Source of the DNA: Sphyrna mokarran
Taxonomy: Eukaryota
Length of the DNA: 64,000 bases
Assembly: GCA_024679065.1 (NCBI GenBank)
Contig: JAGIQG010000005.1
Coordinates: 85,498,001-85,562,000, forward strand
Direction of reading: 5' to 3'
The position numbers and the translations under genes are program-made. The notes beneath the pieces were generated by a model. That model was not told the DNA's origin and made no database searches. It was given only the letters and a program-made list of their open reading frames with translations. Below, in pieces: positions 11,800-24,880 of this stretch (position 1 is its first letter; each line of letters opens with the position of its first letter).

Positions 11800-14660
11800 T
11801 AAGACACGCCAGTGACATACTGAGGAACACTCCAAATGGCAAGGTACTATTCATCCTGGGTAATTCAATATAAATGCTTGGGCAGATAGTGACTAATGGC
11901 CAACATGCCTCAGTCAAAGAAAATGTACAATGCCTTCTGCAGCTTTGCGCCCTGAATGAACTCTGGGTCACCATAACCTTCTTTCAGTGCAGACATCTCT
12001 CTAAAGTACTGTGGCATCATCCAAGGTCTTGACATTGGCACCAATCAAGCTTGGTCATCAAGAGAACGATAGAATTATAGAATCCCTACAGTCCAGAATC
12101 AGCCATTTAACCCATCAAGTCTGCACCGACTCTCCGACAGAGCATCCCACCCAGCGCCCATCCTGTAACTCATTAATCCCCCGAACCTACACATTCTGAG
12201 ACACTAAGGGGCAATTTAGCATGGCCAAATTTTTGCAGAAGGCATCATCTTCCCAGAGTTGTCCTCACCCACATCTACCACAATATTGATTACAGTATTG
12301 ACTACTCTTTTGTCAGCAGCTGAGAGAAGCTGCACTGTGTAAGTTCCACAAATCTAAATGTGACAGCCTGCCACACGTTAACATCCCAAGCACAAGTAAC
12401 AATGCAATATTACATTTCACACTGTCACTGGAACAAATGCTACCTACCAAAGGATTAGTTTGTGCCAATATTGGTATGGAGGTTTGAGGAAGCTTAATCA
12501 TCTATGAAATGGCAGAAGCATAATTTGATAAAGGTGGAACTTGAGAAAAGAACTGGTTTGAAACTTACATAGCTAAAATGTATCTGATATTAATACAATA
12601 AACATGCAAAAGTCTAGCTGATAACAACAGAAACTCAAGTGCTAAATATTTAACTATATGGAAGTAGCCAAAAGACGGAGAAACTGGGCAAACAGACACT
12701 TTTAGCAAGAAATCTAACAGCTTGTGACAATGGAAACCTACAAGCTGTGTACAATTGAATCAACAAGGCATTTGGCTTTTCTGTCAATAAAGTTGTTGCC
12801 TTGATGTTGTTAGATGGTAAAGCACTCACTGACAGAAGTGAATAAATGTCACACTGAATCGAAAACCACTGTGAGTCGGACATCTCTCAGTCCAGATTTG
12901 ATGCTCTTCCTTAACTTCCTGTCATGTATGAGTTAGATGAAGAAGCCTCATCACCTGAACTCAAGAAAACTTCTGCCTAATGAACAGAAGAGCCTCCGGC
13001 AAGCATGGAGTTTCAGCTGTGCTGCTCAAGCACAGACAGTTCCATCTATTGCCACAACTTTGTGACTTTCTTCTTCTCTGCTCCATTCCTCAGGAAATGT
13101 GTCATGTAAAAACCATCACACTGTGCAAAATCAATGGCATTTACCAGGGTCATCCTTAAAAGATTTCACTTACTTGCAGATTCAGTGTACCAGGAAACTC
13201 AGTGCAGTTTTCATACTGGCTGATCTATTGTGAAATTAAGCTTCTTCATATGGCTGCTACAGGAATAGTGCAGGAACAGGGTATATCTCTTCACCTTACT
13301 TTCATAAATCTCAAGCCTTTGACACTATTAGTAAAACACGGATATAGAAAACATTGGGAAAAATTGGCTGTCCACTAAAACTTCTTCATCTCACCTATTC
13401 TTTCAATTATAACATGCATTTCACTAAACAATTTGAAGGCTCCACTTCTAACAGTTTCAGAGTGAAGAATGGGGTGAAACAGGGCTATGGCCTAGCCCAG
13501 TTCTGCTTGGCATCTTTTTCGCCCATGCTTCTGACCTTCATCTTCCTGGCAGATATTGAAAGAGTTCACTTTCATACTATGGCAAGCTTTTTAATCTATA
13601 AGACAGAAAGTAAAGTACATTATTGTGTCCTGACCAGGGAACTTCTCTATGCTGATGATGTACACAGATCATGAAAACTCAGCTACAAAGACCAATGGAC
13701 TCTCTCTCGTGTCTTTACCTTTTCCCTCCTGACCATAACATCAAGAAAACCATATACATTGGACAAGATATTGCATCTCTGTCCCTGATCACATGAAGCA
13801 ATATTCTCTGAAAATGGTTAACAATTTGATAGCTTGGGGTTCATGGTGATAGACAATCTGTCCCTTGATATAGAGCTGGATGCATAAACAGGGAAAGTAG
13901 CTAACATCTTTGGCCAACTCATAAAATGTGAATGGGAGAACCCTTTACTGACTTTTAGGACCAAGGTGATGGATTCTAAGGCATGTGTTTTCAGTACTTT
14001 GCTGCATACCTGTGAAATGTGGGTGACTAACTGCTACCAAGAAAATAAACTGAGCAATTTCAATCTTCATTCTCTAGAGCAGATTATGGGTATATCCAAT
14101 TCTGAAACTGTTGGAAGTGGAGCCTTCAAGTTGTGTCGTGAAATGCACATTACAATTGAAAGACAAATCACAACTTTGACAGTCCTCACATACACAGAGT
14201 TCTCAGGTATGTGAGCACTAATTAAACATGGATCAGATATGTTTGCAGGTGGAAGACCCAAGGATCTTCTGTTAGTGAGGTAACAGGAGCCAAATCACCA
14301 GTGGAGCACCCAAGACTTCACTTCAAGGATGTCTGGAAGCATGGAATAAGGGCCCTAAATATTGTCTATTGCACATGGGAGTCACCAATTAATGAAAACG
14401 AGATTGGCAATACCTCCTTTGGGTTGGTGTGCACTACCACAGTGATTAGTGACTGCAGCAAGTTAGCGCCAAGTGTCCAATTCTGAAACAACATCCACAA
14501 TTTCACTTGGCAACTTCTCGTGTGATGCTTGTGGTAGAACCTACCTCTCAAGGATTGGCCTTCACAATCATTAAGAAAAATTCACCAAATGAAGATACCC
14601 CAGCTAAATGGATTGTTTGTTACATATCCATCATCTTTCACAGATAAAAGGATGCCAATA
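11800..14660 (+). mobile_element. Long decayed RTE-clade LINE (APE + RT), interrupted by a SINE fragment
   Basis: APE pieces LLQLCALNELWVT and WHHPRS*HWHQ; RT pieces LGKIGCPLKL, FRVKNGVKQG, RELLYADD; C-terminal PRLHFKDVWK; RTE-type 3' end catcatctttcacagataaaaggatgcc. Confidence 0.85.
12068..12228 (-). mobile_element. HE1-type SINE 3' fragment nested in the RTE
   Basis: atagaatccctacagtccagaa...gacactaaggggcaatttagcatggccaa, same tail as 3476-3749. Confidence 0.75.
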
Positions 14661-15057
14661 CAATATAAATATAATATCAGTTGTAATAATCTAACAAGAA
14701 TGATCAAGGCTGATTAAATCCATACTTAACTTCTAAACATCTTTTTTGATTGATATTCGAACCATGAAAGAAGTAGGTTCATGAAAGAAGATGATCTTGA
14801 TGTCCATCACTGGTGCCCGAGGTCTGTAGCATCCAGGTATGCTATAGGCTCTGGCAGCAAAGTAGATGTTTTTACTTTGGCTGCAGCTATTTGAGGTGTT
14901 GAGGTTACTGACAGGGGCTGAGAAGCAGAAGTAGATTGGCATTACTTCTCATCCCAGTTCTCAATATTATTTTCCAGACTACAAAAGATAGAATGGCAAT
15001 TGGAGGTATGTTCCACTATCTCAGCCCCCCTATCACTTAGCTGTTGCTCCACAGAAC

Positions 15058-15465
15058 TCAGCCAGAGCAATGATATGTGGGTCCCATTGCATATCCCACA
15101 GCCACTGAGTGGTTTGGTCTTGTGACAGTTGCCAACTTTTCTATGAAGGAAGCTATGTACTTGCACATCTGAGACATGGCAAAACTCAAAGGTGTGGAAA
15201 GATCCCTCTGTGTCACCACATAGCTCCATATAGCCTCTGTTAGTTTTACAGATATTCCCCAGTGTTTAAGCAACTCCAGATGGTTTTGTGTGGCTATGAC
15301 AAGAGGGACATCATCAGCCTGGAGCTCAGCATGGAACTTGCCTCCAACAGTCCTCTGACTGGCAGGTTCCTCAGCTTTGACAGCTTCCATCAGCTGCTCC
15401 GGAGTGTCTGTGTTGTGCTTCTCAGGTTCTGACCTTGATTCGAGACGTGATTCCAAATTCACCAA
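15058..15465 (-). pseudogene. Probable C-terminal remnant of a Harbinger-associated Myb/SANT-like protein
   Basis: 135-aa ORF with AEEPASQRTVGG...QADDVPLV...SFIEKLAT resembles the low-complexity/coiled-coil tails of fish and shark Harbinger ORF1 proteins (recalled similarity only). Confidence 0.4.
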
Positions 15466-17319
15466 GGTAACTGTGCTGGTGGGGAGTTTGTGGAAAAGAC
15501 ATTCTCTTTATCAGAGGTGGGCTGCAGAGTCACAGGGAATGAATCAAGCCTTCTCACTGAATGCAAAAATCTATATGAAAGAAACAAAATTAACTTCATC
15601 TTTTTCAGAATCCACTTTTGATCCCTTTCTGGCACAAATCTCCTTTTTGCCCAGTGGGGCACAGGAAGCTGAATGCCGCATTATTTTCTTCATTTTACAG
15701 TCCTGCTTTACTCTCCATGATTAACCAGCCACCATTAACCTATGGATGACTAAGCTCCAGTTCTGAGTCAATAATAGCTAGACTATTTCATGAAATTGTG
15801 TAGTTATTGCAAAGCAGTTATCAGAATGATAGTTCCTAATTTTCTAAAATGCTCATTTCCCAAACTTTGTTATCATGTTCAATTTTGCTGTCTTGGAGGT
15901 GGTGGCTATTTTTGTCTCTACGGTACTGATAGCTGAAAAAATCGCCATTTTTTATGATTATTCTTGCTTTGTGAGTTTCTCTTCAGCATTTTAATTCATA
16001 AATTTTTTTTACTGATATTTCAAATCAGTATGATCAGATCTTCCAACTGGAGGAAAGTTTTACAATAGGGACTACAGAGGCAACCGTTGAAACTCTAAGA
16101 TGCAACTAAATTCTGAGATTTGGGCTTCAGTCATCACAAACCATTTAATTTTTCAGAAGTATATCAATAAACACAGTAAATGATTTAAATGTAGGCATAT
16201 TAAAAATTGTTTAGAAAGACATTTTTGCAATCATTTTATCAGAAATCCATCCAATTCATGAGCATACTGACCAATATAAAATACTCATATCAGTAACTAA
16301 CCAGCAACTATCTATGATTTAATCTTTACTGGTGCTGCGAATTGACTGAGAGAATTGGAATAATACAATTGTTCTCTATTTGAAGTAAAATTCTTTGCAA
16401 TAACTTTCTTACAATAGAGACTGCTAGAGTATCAATTTTTAGTCCATTAGAAATAACATGGAGTTGTTGGGTTCAGCCACCGACTTCAGTACTTCACTAA
16501 ATACTGAAGATCTTACAGCTGAATAATGGAATTGCTCGTGAATTGAAAGTTGGCTCTTGCAAAGCCACATTTATTGCCCACCCCAAGATGGTGAAGGACC
16601 AACTCCTTCATGTTAAGGATGATTACATCATTTTTTTCTGCACTATAAATGTTATTGATAGCATTCTTTACAATCTATAAATAAAAATGTTAGTTTGGTT
16701 TCTCAGAGTTTTTCTATTGATTTACCTCTCAGCAAATCAGCACATTTTTATTATTTATTTCAACCAAATAGAAAAATAATAAACTAATAAAAAAAAACGA
16801 AATCTGGTGTCATATTAAAGATTAACATGCCAGCATTCATGGCTATGATGTTGTATTTTCAGAATGTCTGTACTTCAAAGGTTACTCTCGAACATAGATC
16901 CCCTTGGTTTGGAGATGATGAAAGCTTTATTACCATGAAGTCACAGACTGTTCTGAGCCAGTTTGTTTAAGAATCCCTTTAAATGGAAATTGTTTTTGGC
17001 AAGCCATTTTAAATTTGTTTGTGAGCACATGATACTTGCACTGATATTGATTTAACCTGGAGCGAGCTTTCACGAAAAGGGAACGCTAAGTGCAAAACAC
17101 ACTTACTGATCAAGAATACAGTTCTGAGGTAATGTTTGAATTTGACGACTGGTCCTGTTAGGAATGGTAATCTGCCCCATTTTCATACAGCATTTTCTAG
17201 ATCCCTAGAAGCTTAGTTAAGATGAAAATGCACTTCCTTGGGGAGGTTCAAACTCTTCTGGACAGTTGTTGCTCTGTGAGATCGCTGTAAAAATTTCTGC
17301 AGCAATGAATCTTCTTGCA

Positions 17320-17550
17320 GCAACATGTTGGAAGCAAACCTTCAGATTTTCTGGGATTTCTAGAAGTAATGGTCAAACAAGTGATAGCAAGGAAGGACCT
17401 TTTCTTTTCCAGTAATGTGAAGAAAATTCCAAAAATAACAGGCATTGACAAAAATTCCGATGATTATTGGCCCTAGGAGCTACACCACCAGAGCTTCAGT
17501 TTGGTGCAAGAAATGTTTCATGATCCTTTAGCTGCAGCAAGAGTGAGTTC
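17320..17550 (+). pseudogene. Myb/SANT-like DNA-binding domain remnant (Harbinger ORF1 type)
   Basis: Reads FLEVMVKQVIARKDLFFSSNVKK ... WCKKCF, cf. SLEVLLxxVxARREVLF ... QCRKRFNDL; followed by a gtgagt donor-like site. Confidence 0.45.
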
Positions 17551-17737
17551 AGCTCTTAATTTCTCTCAATAATATGACAACAGCCCTTCTTTCACTGAAG
17601 TTTTCTCTCCAGAATGACATCCTTCACCATCCACCACATAAACAAACAATATCACCTCTCAGTCTTGGTCCTTACTCTTTCTGTTGCTTTCACTGTGACT
17701 GCCGCCATGATTCTGTTCTCATTTGGTACTAACTTCG

Positions 17738-18165
17738 GAAGAACACAAGAATAAGGAGCAGGCCATCTGGCCCCTTCAGCCTGCTCTGCCATTCAAAAAG
17801 ATCATGGCTGATCATTTTGCGGACTCAGCTCCATTTACCTGCCCCCTCACCATAAAGCTTAATTCTTTTACTGTTCAAAATGTATCTATCCTTGCCTTAA
17901 AAGCATTCAATGAGCAGCCTCAACTGCTTCAATGGGCAGGGAATTCCACAGATTCACAATCCTTTGGGTGAAGAAATTCCTCCTCAATTCAGTCCTAAAT
18001 CTGCTCTCCTTGATTTTGAGGCTATGTCCCCTCATTCTAGTTTCATCTGCCAGTGGAAACAACTACTCTAATTTATCTATTTCCTTCATAATCTCATGTT
18101 TCTATAAGATCTGCCCTCATTCTTCTGAATTCCAGTCAGTATAGTCCCACTTTAGTCTCTTCAGA
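17738..18165 (-). mobile_element. CR1-type LINE 3' end
   Basis: ggagcaggccatctggccccttcagcctgctctgccattc...gatcatggctgatc tail and gggaattccacagattcacaatcctttgggtgaagaaattcc. Confidence 0.75.
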
Positions 18166-18274
18166 TGATTCTTTCCTCACTTTACACTCCAGCCATTTGT
18201 TTTCCATTTATTCCTCCCCACTTTGGTTAGATTTTGCTTCAATCCTTCTCAGCATATGCACAAATATAAGGCCC

Positions 18275-19265
18275 CATACTTGAAGAAACTTCTGAAAGAG
18301 ATAATTAATATCCACTTGGAAGGGCATGGATTGATTAGGGATGGTCAACATGGTTTTGTCAGTGGGAGGTCATGCCTAATAAATTTGTTAGAATTTTTTT
18401 TGATGAGGGAAGTTCAGTTGATACAGTTTATAAGGATTTTACCAAAGCTTCTGACAAAGTCCCACATGAGACTGACAAGGTTAAAGCACGTGGAATTCAG
18501 GGAAACCTAGGAAGATGAATCAGAAACTGGCTTATTAATAGAGTTCCTAGGCTAGCGGTCGAAGACTGTTTGAGTGACCGGAGGCTGACATACAGCAGTG
18601 TGCCATAAGAATCAATACTGAGACATTTGTTTGTTTTATCCATAAATGAAAATGTGGGGGGAATGTTAAGTAAGTTTGCAGATGGCACTAAGATGGGTAA
18701 GGTGGTTAATAGTGAAGAAGATGGTTATGGATTACAATAAGATATAGATGGGTTGGTCAAATGGGCAAAATAATGGCAAATGATATTTAACCCTGATAAG
18801 TGCAAAGTGATACACTTTGGAAGAGGGAACAATATTGGTTCCAGGATTGAGAAAATTCTCCTATGATGACAGGCTGAGTAAAATGGGCCTTTATCCAATG
18901 GAGTCAGAAGAATGACAGGTGATCTCATCAAAATATTCAAAATTATAAAGAGGCTTCGTGAGGATAAATATTGAGATGTTGTTTCTCTTAGCAAGGGAAT
19001 CGAGTTGCACAAGAGGCTGAATATTTGGAATGGAGATGAAGATTTTTTTTTTCTCAGGTTCTGATCTTTGGAATTCATTATGCCAAAGGGTTGTGGATGT
19101 GCCAATATTGAACATATTTAAGGCTGAGCTCAACAGATTTTTGGTTTCTCAATGAATCAAGAGCTATGATCAATGGGCAGAAATGTGAAATTGAAGTTGA
19201 GTTCAATCATGAGCATAATGAATGATGAGGCAAAGTTGATGGGCTGTGCGGTCTTTTGCTCCTAT
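18275..19265 (+). mobile_element. Decayed CR1 LINE fragments (RT to 3' UTR)
   Basis: HGLIRDGQHGFVSGRSCLINLLEFF, KFADGTK and FNPDKCKVIHFGR motifs; ends in a CR1-type tail. Confidence 0.85.
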
Positions 19266-19319
19266 TTATTATATTATTTGCACTTATTAGCTCAAGTTTG
19301 AATATTTTGCTTGGACTGT

Positions 19320-19680
19320 GTCAATATCTGAGGAGTTGCGAATGATACTGAACTCTGCGATTATCAGTGAACATCTCTATTTTAACCTTGTGATACAGAG
19401 GTAAATGAAGCAGCTGGAAATGGTACAAGCATGAGAACAGTCCTGAGGAACTCTTGCAGCAACATTATGGGATGAAATGATTAGTTTCCAACTACCACAA
19501 CAATTTTCTGTGCTAGATATGATTGTGGCCAATATGAGTAAATGTCATTGACTCCAATTTTGCTACTATCTTCAATACTACACTTGGTTAAATGCTGCCT
19601 TAATGTCTAAAGTAGTCAAAGGCATTCAACTTACCTCTGGAATTCAGTTCTTTATTTCATGCTTAGATCAGAGCTGTAAT
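19320..19680 (-). mobile_element. Old CR1/L2-group LINE RT fragment
   Basis: Reverse strand gives remnants of PQGSVL and MFxDD (atcagtgaacat ... cctgaggaactc). Confidence 0.55.
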
Positions 19681-20435
19681 TTTGAATAAGTTTTCCTTTG
19701 TTTCAAAATTTATTTCATAGATTCACCTTCTTTATATTTCCCCTACCACAAGGATGCACATTCACTCTCTATACTTAAAGTACTTCCCACTATCTAGACG
19801 AACCTCCAATTCTCTTTGCCCTGGTAATAGAACCTCTGTATTGCTTTAAAGGCTTCAACACTGCTAAAGGATATCCAGAGCTGGTGTGGAGCACTACATG
19901 ACCTTATGTGTTAATGACCTCCTATGATATATTATTAATACTATTGCCTTATTGACAATGAATATTTTCAGCATCTTTGCCTTATTGTCTGGCTATAAAT
20001 TGAATATCAACAACAGTGAATGTTTTCTATTCAACTCTATTGCCAAACAGATTCCCTTAATAGCTTTCCCGTTTCCTATGTCTATTGTTGCGTTTTGTTA
20101 TTTGAACGTGAACGTAACAAACTTTCTTGTGGCTCTTCACAAAACAAACTTTACAAAACTGGTCACCAAAATTAAAGTGGATTTACAGTATTGGGATAAT
20201 TTGCCTCTTCCCTTAGCTGACAGTATTCTGGTGTAAAAATGGATATTCTGCCCAGGTTCATGCTTTTTCAATGGTTCCCTATCTTTTTATCAAAATAATT
20301 TTTCCTCATGGCAAACAAGCAAATAATAATATTTTTCTGAGCTGGCAGGATCCCAAGAACCCATTGATCAATACTTCAGAGAGGGAAACAGAATGGTGGA
20401 TCATCACAACCTAACCTATGTATTATTATTGGGCA

Positions 20436-20548
20436 TGATATACATTATTGGGCATTTGCCTGAGGAAGACACAGAGTGTTGAAAGCTCGCGTTTTTACTA
20501 TCAAATAAATCGGTTGGATTATAAATTGGTGTTGCTAAATTCTTACTG
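20436..20548. mobile_element. Short Penelope-associated terminal repeat inserted in the L1
   Basis: cctgaggaag...gaaagctc...caaataaatcggttgga...tggtgttg...cttactg, flanked by repeated (t)attattgggca. Confidence 0.55.
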
Positions 20549-21446
20549 TATTATTGGGCAGCCAAGATTCAAAAGGTTTTAAAACAGTGTCATGACTCAA
20601 GTATAAACTGGTGTCGTATGGAAGCCAATTCCTGCTGCTCACACTTTCTGCCTTAATTTGTGCTCCACTATTCTTGTCTCCTTCGAAATGCACGTCAAAC
20701 CCCATTGTGATTGCTACTTTAAAAATATGCAATTCTTTAATATTTTAAACTTATCACTCCTTTACTATTAGGCCCTATTTGTAATAACCACTTGTTCTTG
20801 TCTTTCAAGCTTGACTTGGTGTTTGCTTTGTAGGGGGAGAGACTCACAAAGTTTACTGATCTGTTTGTTAATGGGACATTTGCCAGTTTCAGCTTGCAAT
20901 CAAATTTAACTTGCCTCAATCTTGTCTTTACCATTATTTTCAAGCCCATAGTTTTATAGTTTTGTGCACTTTCATTGCTCATCCTTTCCTCAAACTCAGA
21001 GGTTTTGTTTCAAGATTATATGATTACATGCTATCCTCTGGACCCTCTCTTCTCCACAAGGTAAAAAATAACTGGGAAGCCAAACTTGATCTCATAGACA
21101 ACTGGTGGGAGTAGATCCCTCCTAAGGGTCAACTCGACATCCTACTATGTTTAATTCAACTTAGTTCAATTTAAAGTTTTGCACAGAACTCACTTCACCA
21201 AGTGAGAACAGAATTAGCAAGATTTTTTTCAATGCAAGCAATAAATGTGATGAATGTTCACTTGCCTCTGAAGATCATATTCATTCATTCTGGTCATGTA
21301 TGAAACTAGTTGGTTTTTGTTATCTTTCTTTGATACTCTTCTAAATTCTAAATTTTGACTTGCAACCTTGTCCTTTGGTAGCTGTTTTTGGAGTCCCATA
21401 AGAACTGGCCACGAAGGTTACGGCAGATATCAGCGCCTTCACTTCA

Positions 21447-23005
21447 TGTGATGATTAACTCTTTAACGATCAATCGATGGAGTAATGGTCACATGATCCG
21501 GGGAAACAATCAGGGACCAGGTTGGGAGATCACACTGGTAAGTGTGGGCTTCTATACTCAGAGCCATCCCATGAGGCTGCAAGCCTCTATATAGTTTTAC
21601 ATGTTTATAAATGAGTTGTGTTTTCCCATAACTGGTAAATGAGCATCATTACATTTGATGCTGAGGATAAAAAAAAGACCCTCAAACACTGAGAGCTGAG
21701 CCAAGCACTGTGAACAGTACCAATTTCAATAAGGTTGCCTGCTGTAAGTCCACTGCACCCTTGGGAATGTTCCGGCCAGCCATGGGTGCGAGTACATGTT
21801 GATTAGGTTGGCTTATTCATGGGCACAATGTTACTACTAATTGTTGATGCACCCTCTGAGTCAACAGACATTTTTGAGGTGACGTCTCCTACATCACACG
21901 CTACCACTGAAAGATTATACTAATGTTTTTCCACCCATGAAATACCTTAGTCATGATGTCTGAAAATGGAACAGTATTCACAGGTGCTGAATTTTAAAAC
22001 TTCACCACACTAAATGGTATGAAGCACTTTAGAACTGTGCCTTACCACCCAGCATCCAACTAGCTGAGCAAATTATTCAAACTTTTATGTCTGGCCTGAA
22101 AAAGTAGTAAGGAGAAACCCTGGAGACCAGAATCTCATGCTTCCTGCTTGGCTACTGGACTACTCCACATGCAACAACAGGAGTCCCACCAGCAGAGTTG
22201 CTAATGAACAATCATCTCACAATGAAACTCTGCTTTGTGTCCACTAATTAAAGCAGTCAGAAGAGAAATCATGATTCATGTCAATCAACATGATCATTTA
22301 TGATGGGTGATACCATGTATGTGGAGGATTTTGGTGGTGGGTCGAGTTGGCTCCTTGGAATTGTTCTCTAAAACTGAACCCGTTTTATTAAGTGGACATA
22401 GAAAGAAAGATCGTCCAAAAACACATAGAATGTTTGAGAAAAAGAAATGCCCCAGCAGTTAATTTTGCCATCAGTAAGTATATTGCCATCCGGAAATGTT
22501 GCAAATGTTTTGGCACCAAAGTGTTTGGTCATCTTGTGGCAGGCACAACCCTTATCTCCAGTGAAACAGATAGAACTAGCTGTCTGTGCTGAAGAGGCAT
22601 CTGCCATTGTGGTTTTGGCTGACAACAATCTTTAGAGGATTTACCCACCCCACAAGGATTTGGAAAGCCCCTTAATGACTTGATTTATAATTGACTAAAT
22701 TCATTTACTGAAAGTTTAATTATCTGCAACTATGCAAATTGAATATTGGCATTTGTATAAATGGGGTTAGAGGGGGAGGGATACAGTGATTGTCCCTTTA
22801 AGAATCAATCTGCATAGTGAGAGTTACATGACCTGAGGAACCAACTGGTGGCAGGGTGGAACATCACCCTAGTAAGTGTGGGTTTCTCTACTTGGAGCCA
22901 GTTCAGGAGCTGGTTGCAGCCACAAAGATGCAAGCTTCTTTACAATTTTAACTTGTGAATAAACGAGTTGTGTTTTCCCAAAATTGGTGAACACGCATCT
23001 TTACA
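21447..23005 (+). mobile_element. Internally deleted Gypsy LTR retrotransposon (LTRs 21447-21653 and 22782-23005; integrase remnant)
   Basis: Two similar LTRs ending gagttgtgttttccca...ttaca; polypurine tract agagggggaggga; target-site duplication cttca/cttga; internal PLHPWE, PWVRVHVD, VPYHPASN, TTPHATTGVPPAELLM. Confidence 0.9.
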
Positions 23006-24288
23006 CTTGATTAACAGTCAGCAGGCAGATTCTATCAACTTAGAGATCGTCCAAGCCACCCATTGCTTCATCCTGATTAGAAGACTTAAAGTCTTTTCTT
23101 TATTTGGAGAAGATTAAATATACCATAAAAGCATCCACTCAGAAATGTTATCACAGGTGGCAACCTGATTTATCAACCAGTTTCTGGTCAGGTGGCCAGT
23201 ATTCTGGAGAAAAGTGCTGGCCACTAGGCAGTCTGAAGTTGGAGTATTATAGTGCAATGTGCTGGGGGTAGGGATTGGAGTATTAGTGGTGGAGCAGGGA
23301 GTGGTTTGTGGTCTAACAGCAGATAAGGAAGCAGATAACCTTGGTTACTTGTTGGATTGTGAGAAAACACTCCTACTCGCCCTGTCCCATGCATTGTGCT
23401 ATAAAGACACTGACCTCTTCCACAAAACAAACCTAATCTCCCTTCAACTGAAGGTTTCCAGAGACTTAAAAAACCAGGACGGCAACCTGTGTGATACACA
23501 GTCTCAGTATAACATTTTAATGGCCAACCCACTTCCTACGAGCAGGTTAGTCAGTTGCCCAGTATCCTGTTTCCATTACACACGGTAAGTTGAGGTCAGA
23601 TTTGAGGTTTCTTAAATTTTTGCATCTCACTCAACCAAAAACCATGATTTCGGGGGGTTAAATTCTCCCCTGATGCATCAGGTGATTGCAGTATCTGTTG
23701 TTTACAATGCTCATTATTTATCAATGTCAGATGACCAGATACTAAAACAAAGTTGATAAAGTTCTAGGTCACTTGCTGTTTACAAACGCACTGTTCTCTT
23801 CCAATGTTTAATTAAAACATTTTCAAGGAAAATATTAACAGATTATCTTTTGGAACAAACATTGAAAGAGGCATCGGATGTTTATGAGCTGAAATAATCT
23901 AATTTTTAAATAACTGATGCGTGACTCTCATATAATTGGAACTAAAATCGCAGACCTTTGGAAAGATAATGGGCAAAATTTTTGACTCCCACTCTATTTG
24001 AGGGTGAAATTAGCAGAATCCATTCAGCGTTTAGTATTGTCATTGCTGAATTCTTATCAATCCCAGGATCCATCTGAATGTAGTCAACCAGCAATGGACA
24101 CTAGGTGGGCACATGCAACATGCTGGCTATGGGAACACAGGAATCCTGTGCTGGGTCAGCAAGCAACTGGACCTTGGAAAGGGTCAGTCCTGATCCTTGA
24201 ACAGAGTACTGGCCGGCATTGAACTGCAGATGCTTTTTGAAGCCAGACAAACTTATGCTTACTTCTCCTGGCTCTGTAACATGCTTTA

Positions 24289-24880
24289 TGATTTGATTTG
24301 ATTTATTATTGTCACATGTATAAGTGAAAAATATTGTTTTTTGCATGCTATACAAAGCATACTGTACATAGAAAATGAAAGGAGTGCAGAATGCAGTGTT
24401 ACAGTCATTGCTAGGGTGTAGAGAAAGATTAACTTAATGCAAGATAGATCCATTCAGAAATCTGATGGCCAACAGGGGAGAAGCTTGAGGCAGTTCGTGC
24501 ATGACCTCAGACTTCTGTATTTCTTTCCCGATGGAAGAAGGTGGAAGAAAATATGTCCAGGTGAGTGGGGCCCTTAATTATGCTGGCCGCTTTTCTGAGG
24601 CAGCGGCAAGAGTCAACAGTCAATGGATGGGAGGCTGGTTTGTGAGATGGATCGACTACATTCACAACCTTTTGTAGTTTCACGCAGTTTTGGGCAGAGC
24701 AGAAGCCGTACCAAGCTCAATACAACCAGAAAGAATGCTTTTTATGGTGCATCTGTTAAAAGCTGGTGAGAGTTGTAGCTGACATGCCAAATTTCCTTAG
24801 TCTTCCGAGAAAGTAGAAGTATCAATGTGGGGGACCAGGACAGGTTGTTGGTGATCTGGACATATAAAAACTCTAAACTC
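24289..24880 (-). mobile_element. Rex1/Babar-type LINE 3' end
   Basis: gatttgatttgatttattattgtcaca tail plus a body homologous to 27860-28330 and 34136-34740. Confidence 0.8.

Larger units (their letters stand above)
19780..23175 (+). mobile_element. Decayed L1-clade LINE ORF2, split by an LTR element
   Basis: FALVIEPL, SGYKLNINNSE, WDNLPL, VKMDILPRF, zinc-finger remnant KCDECS...HSFWSC; resumes after the LTR element as LEDLKSFLYLEKIKYTIKAST...WQP. Confidence 0.85.
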
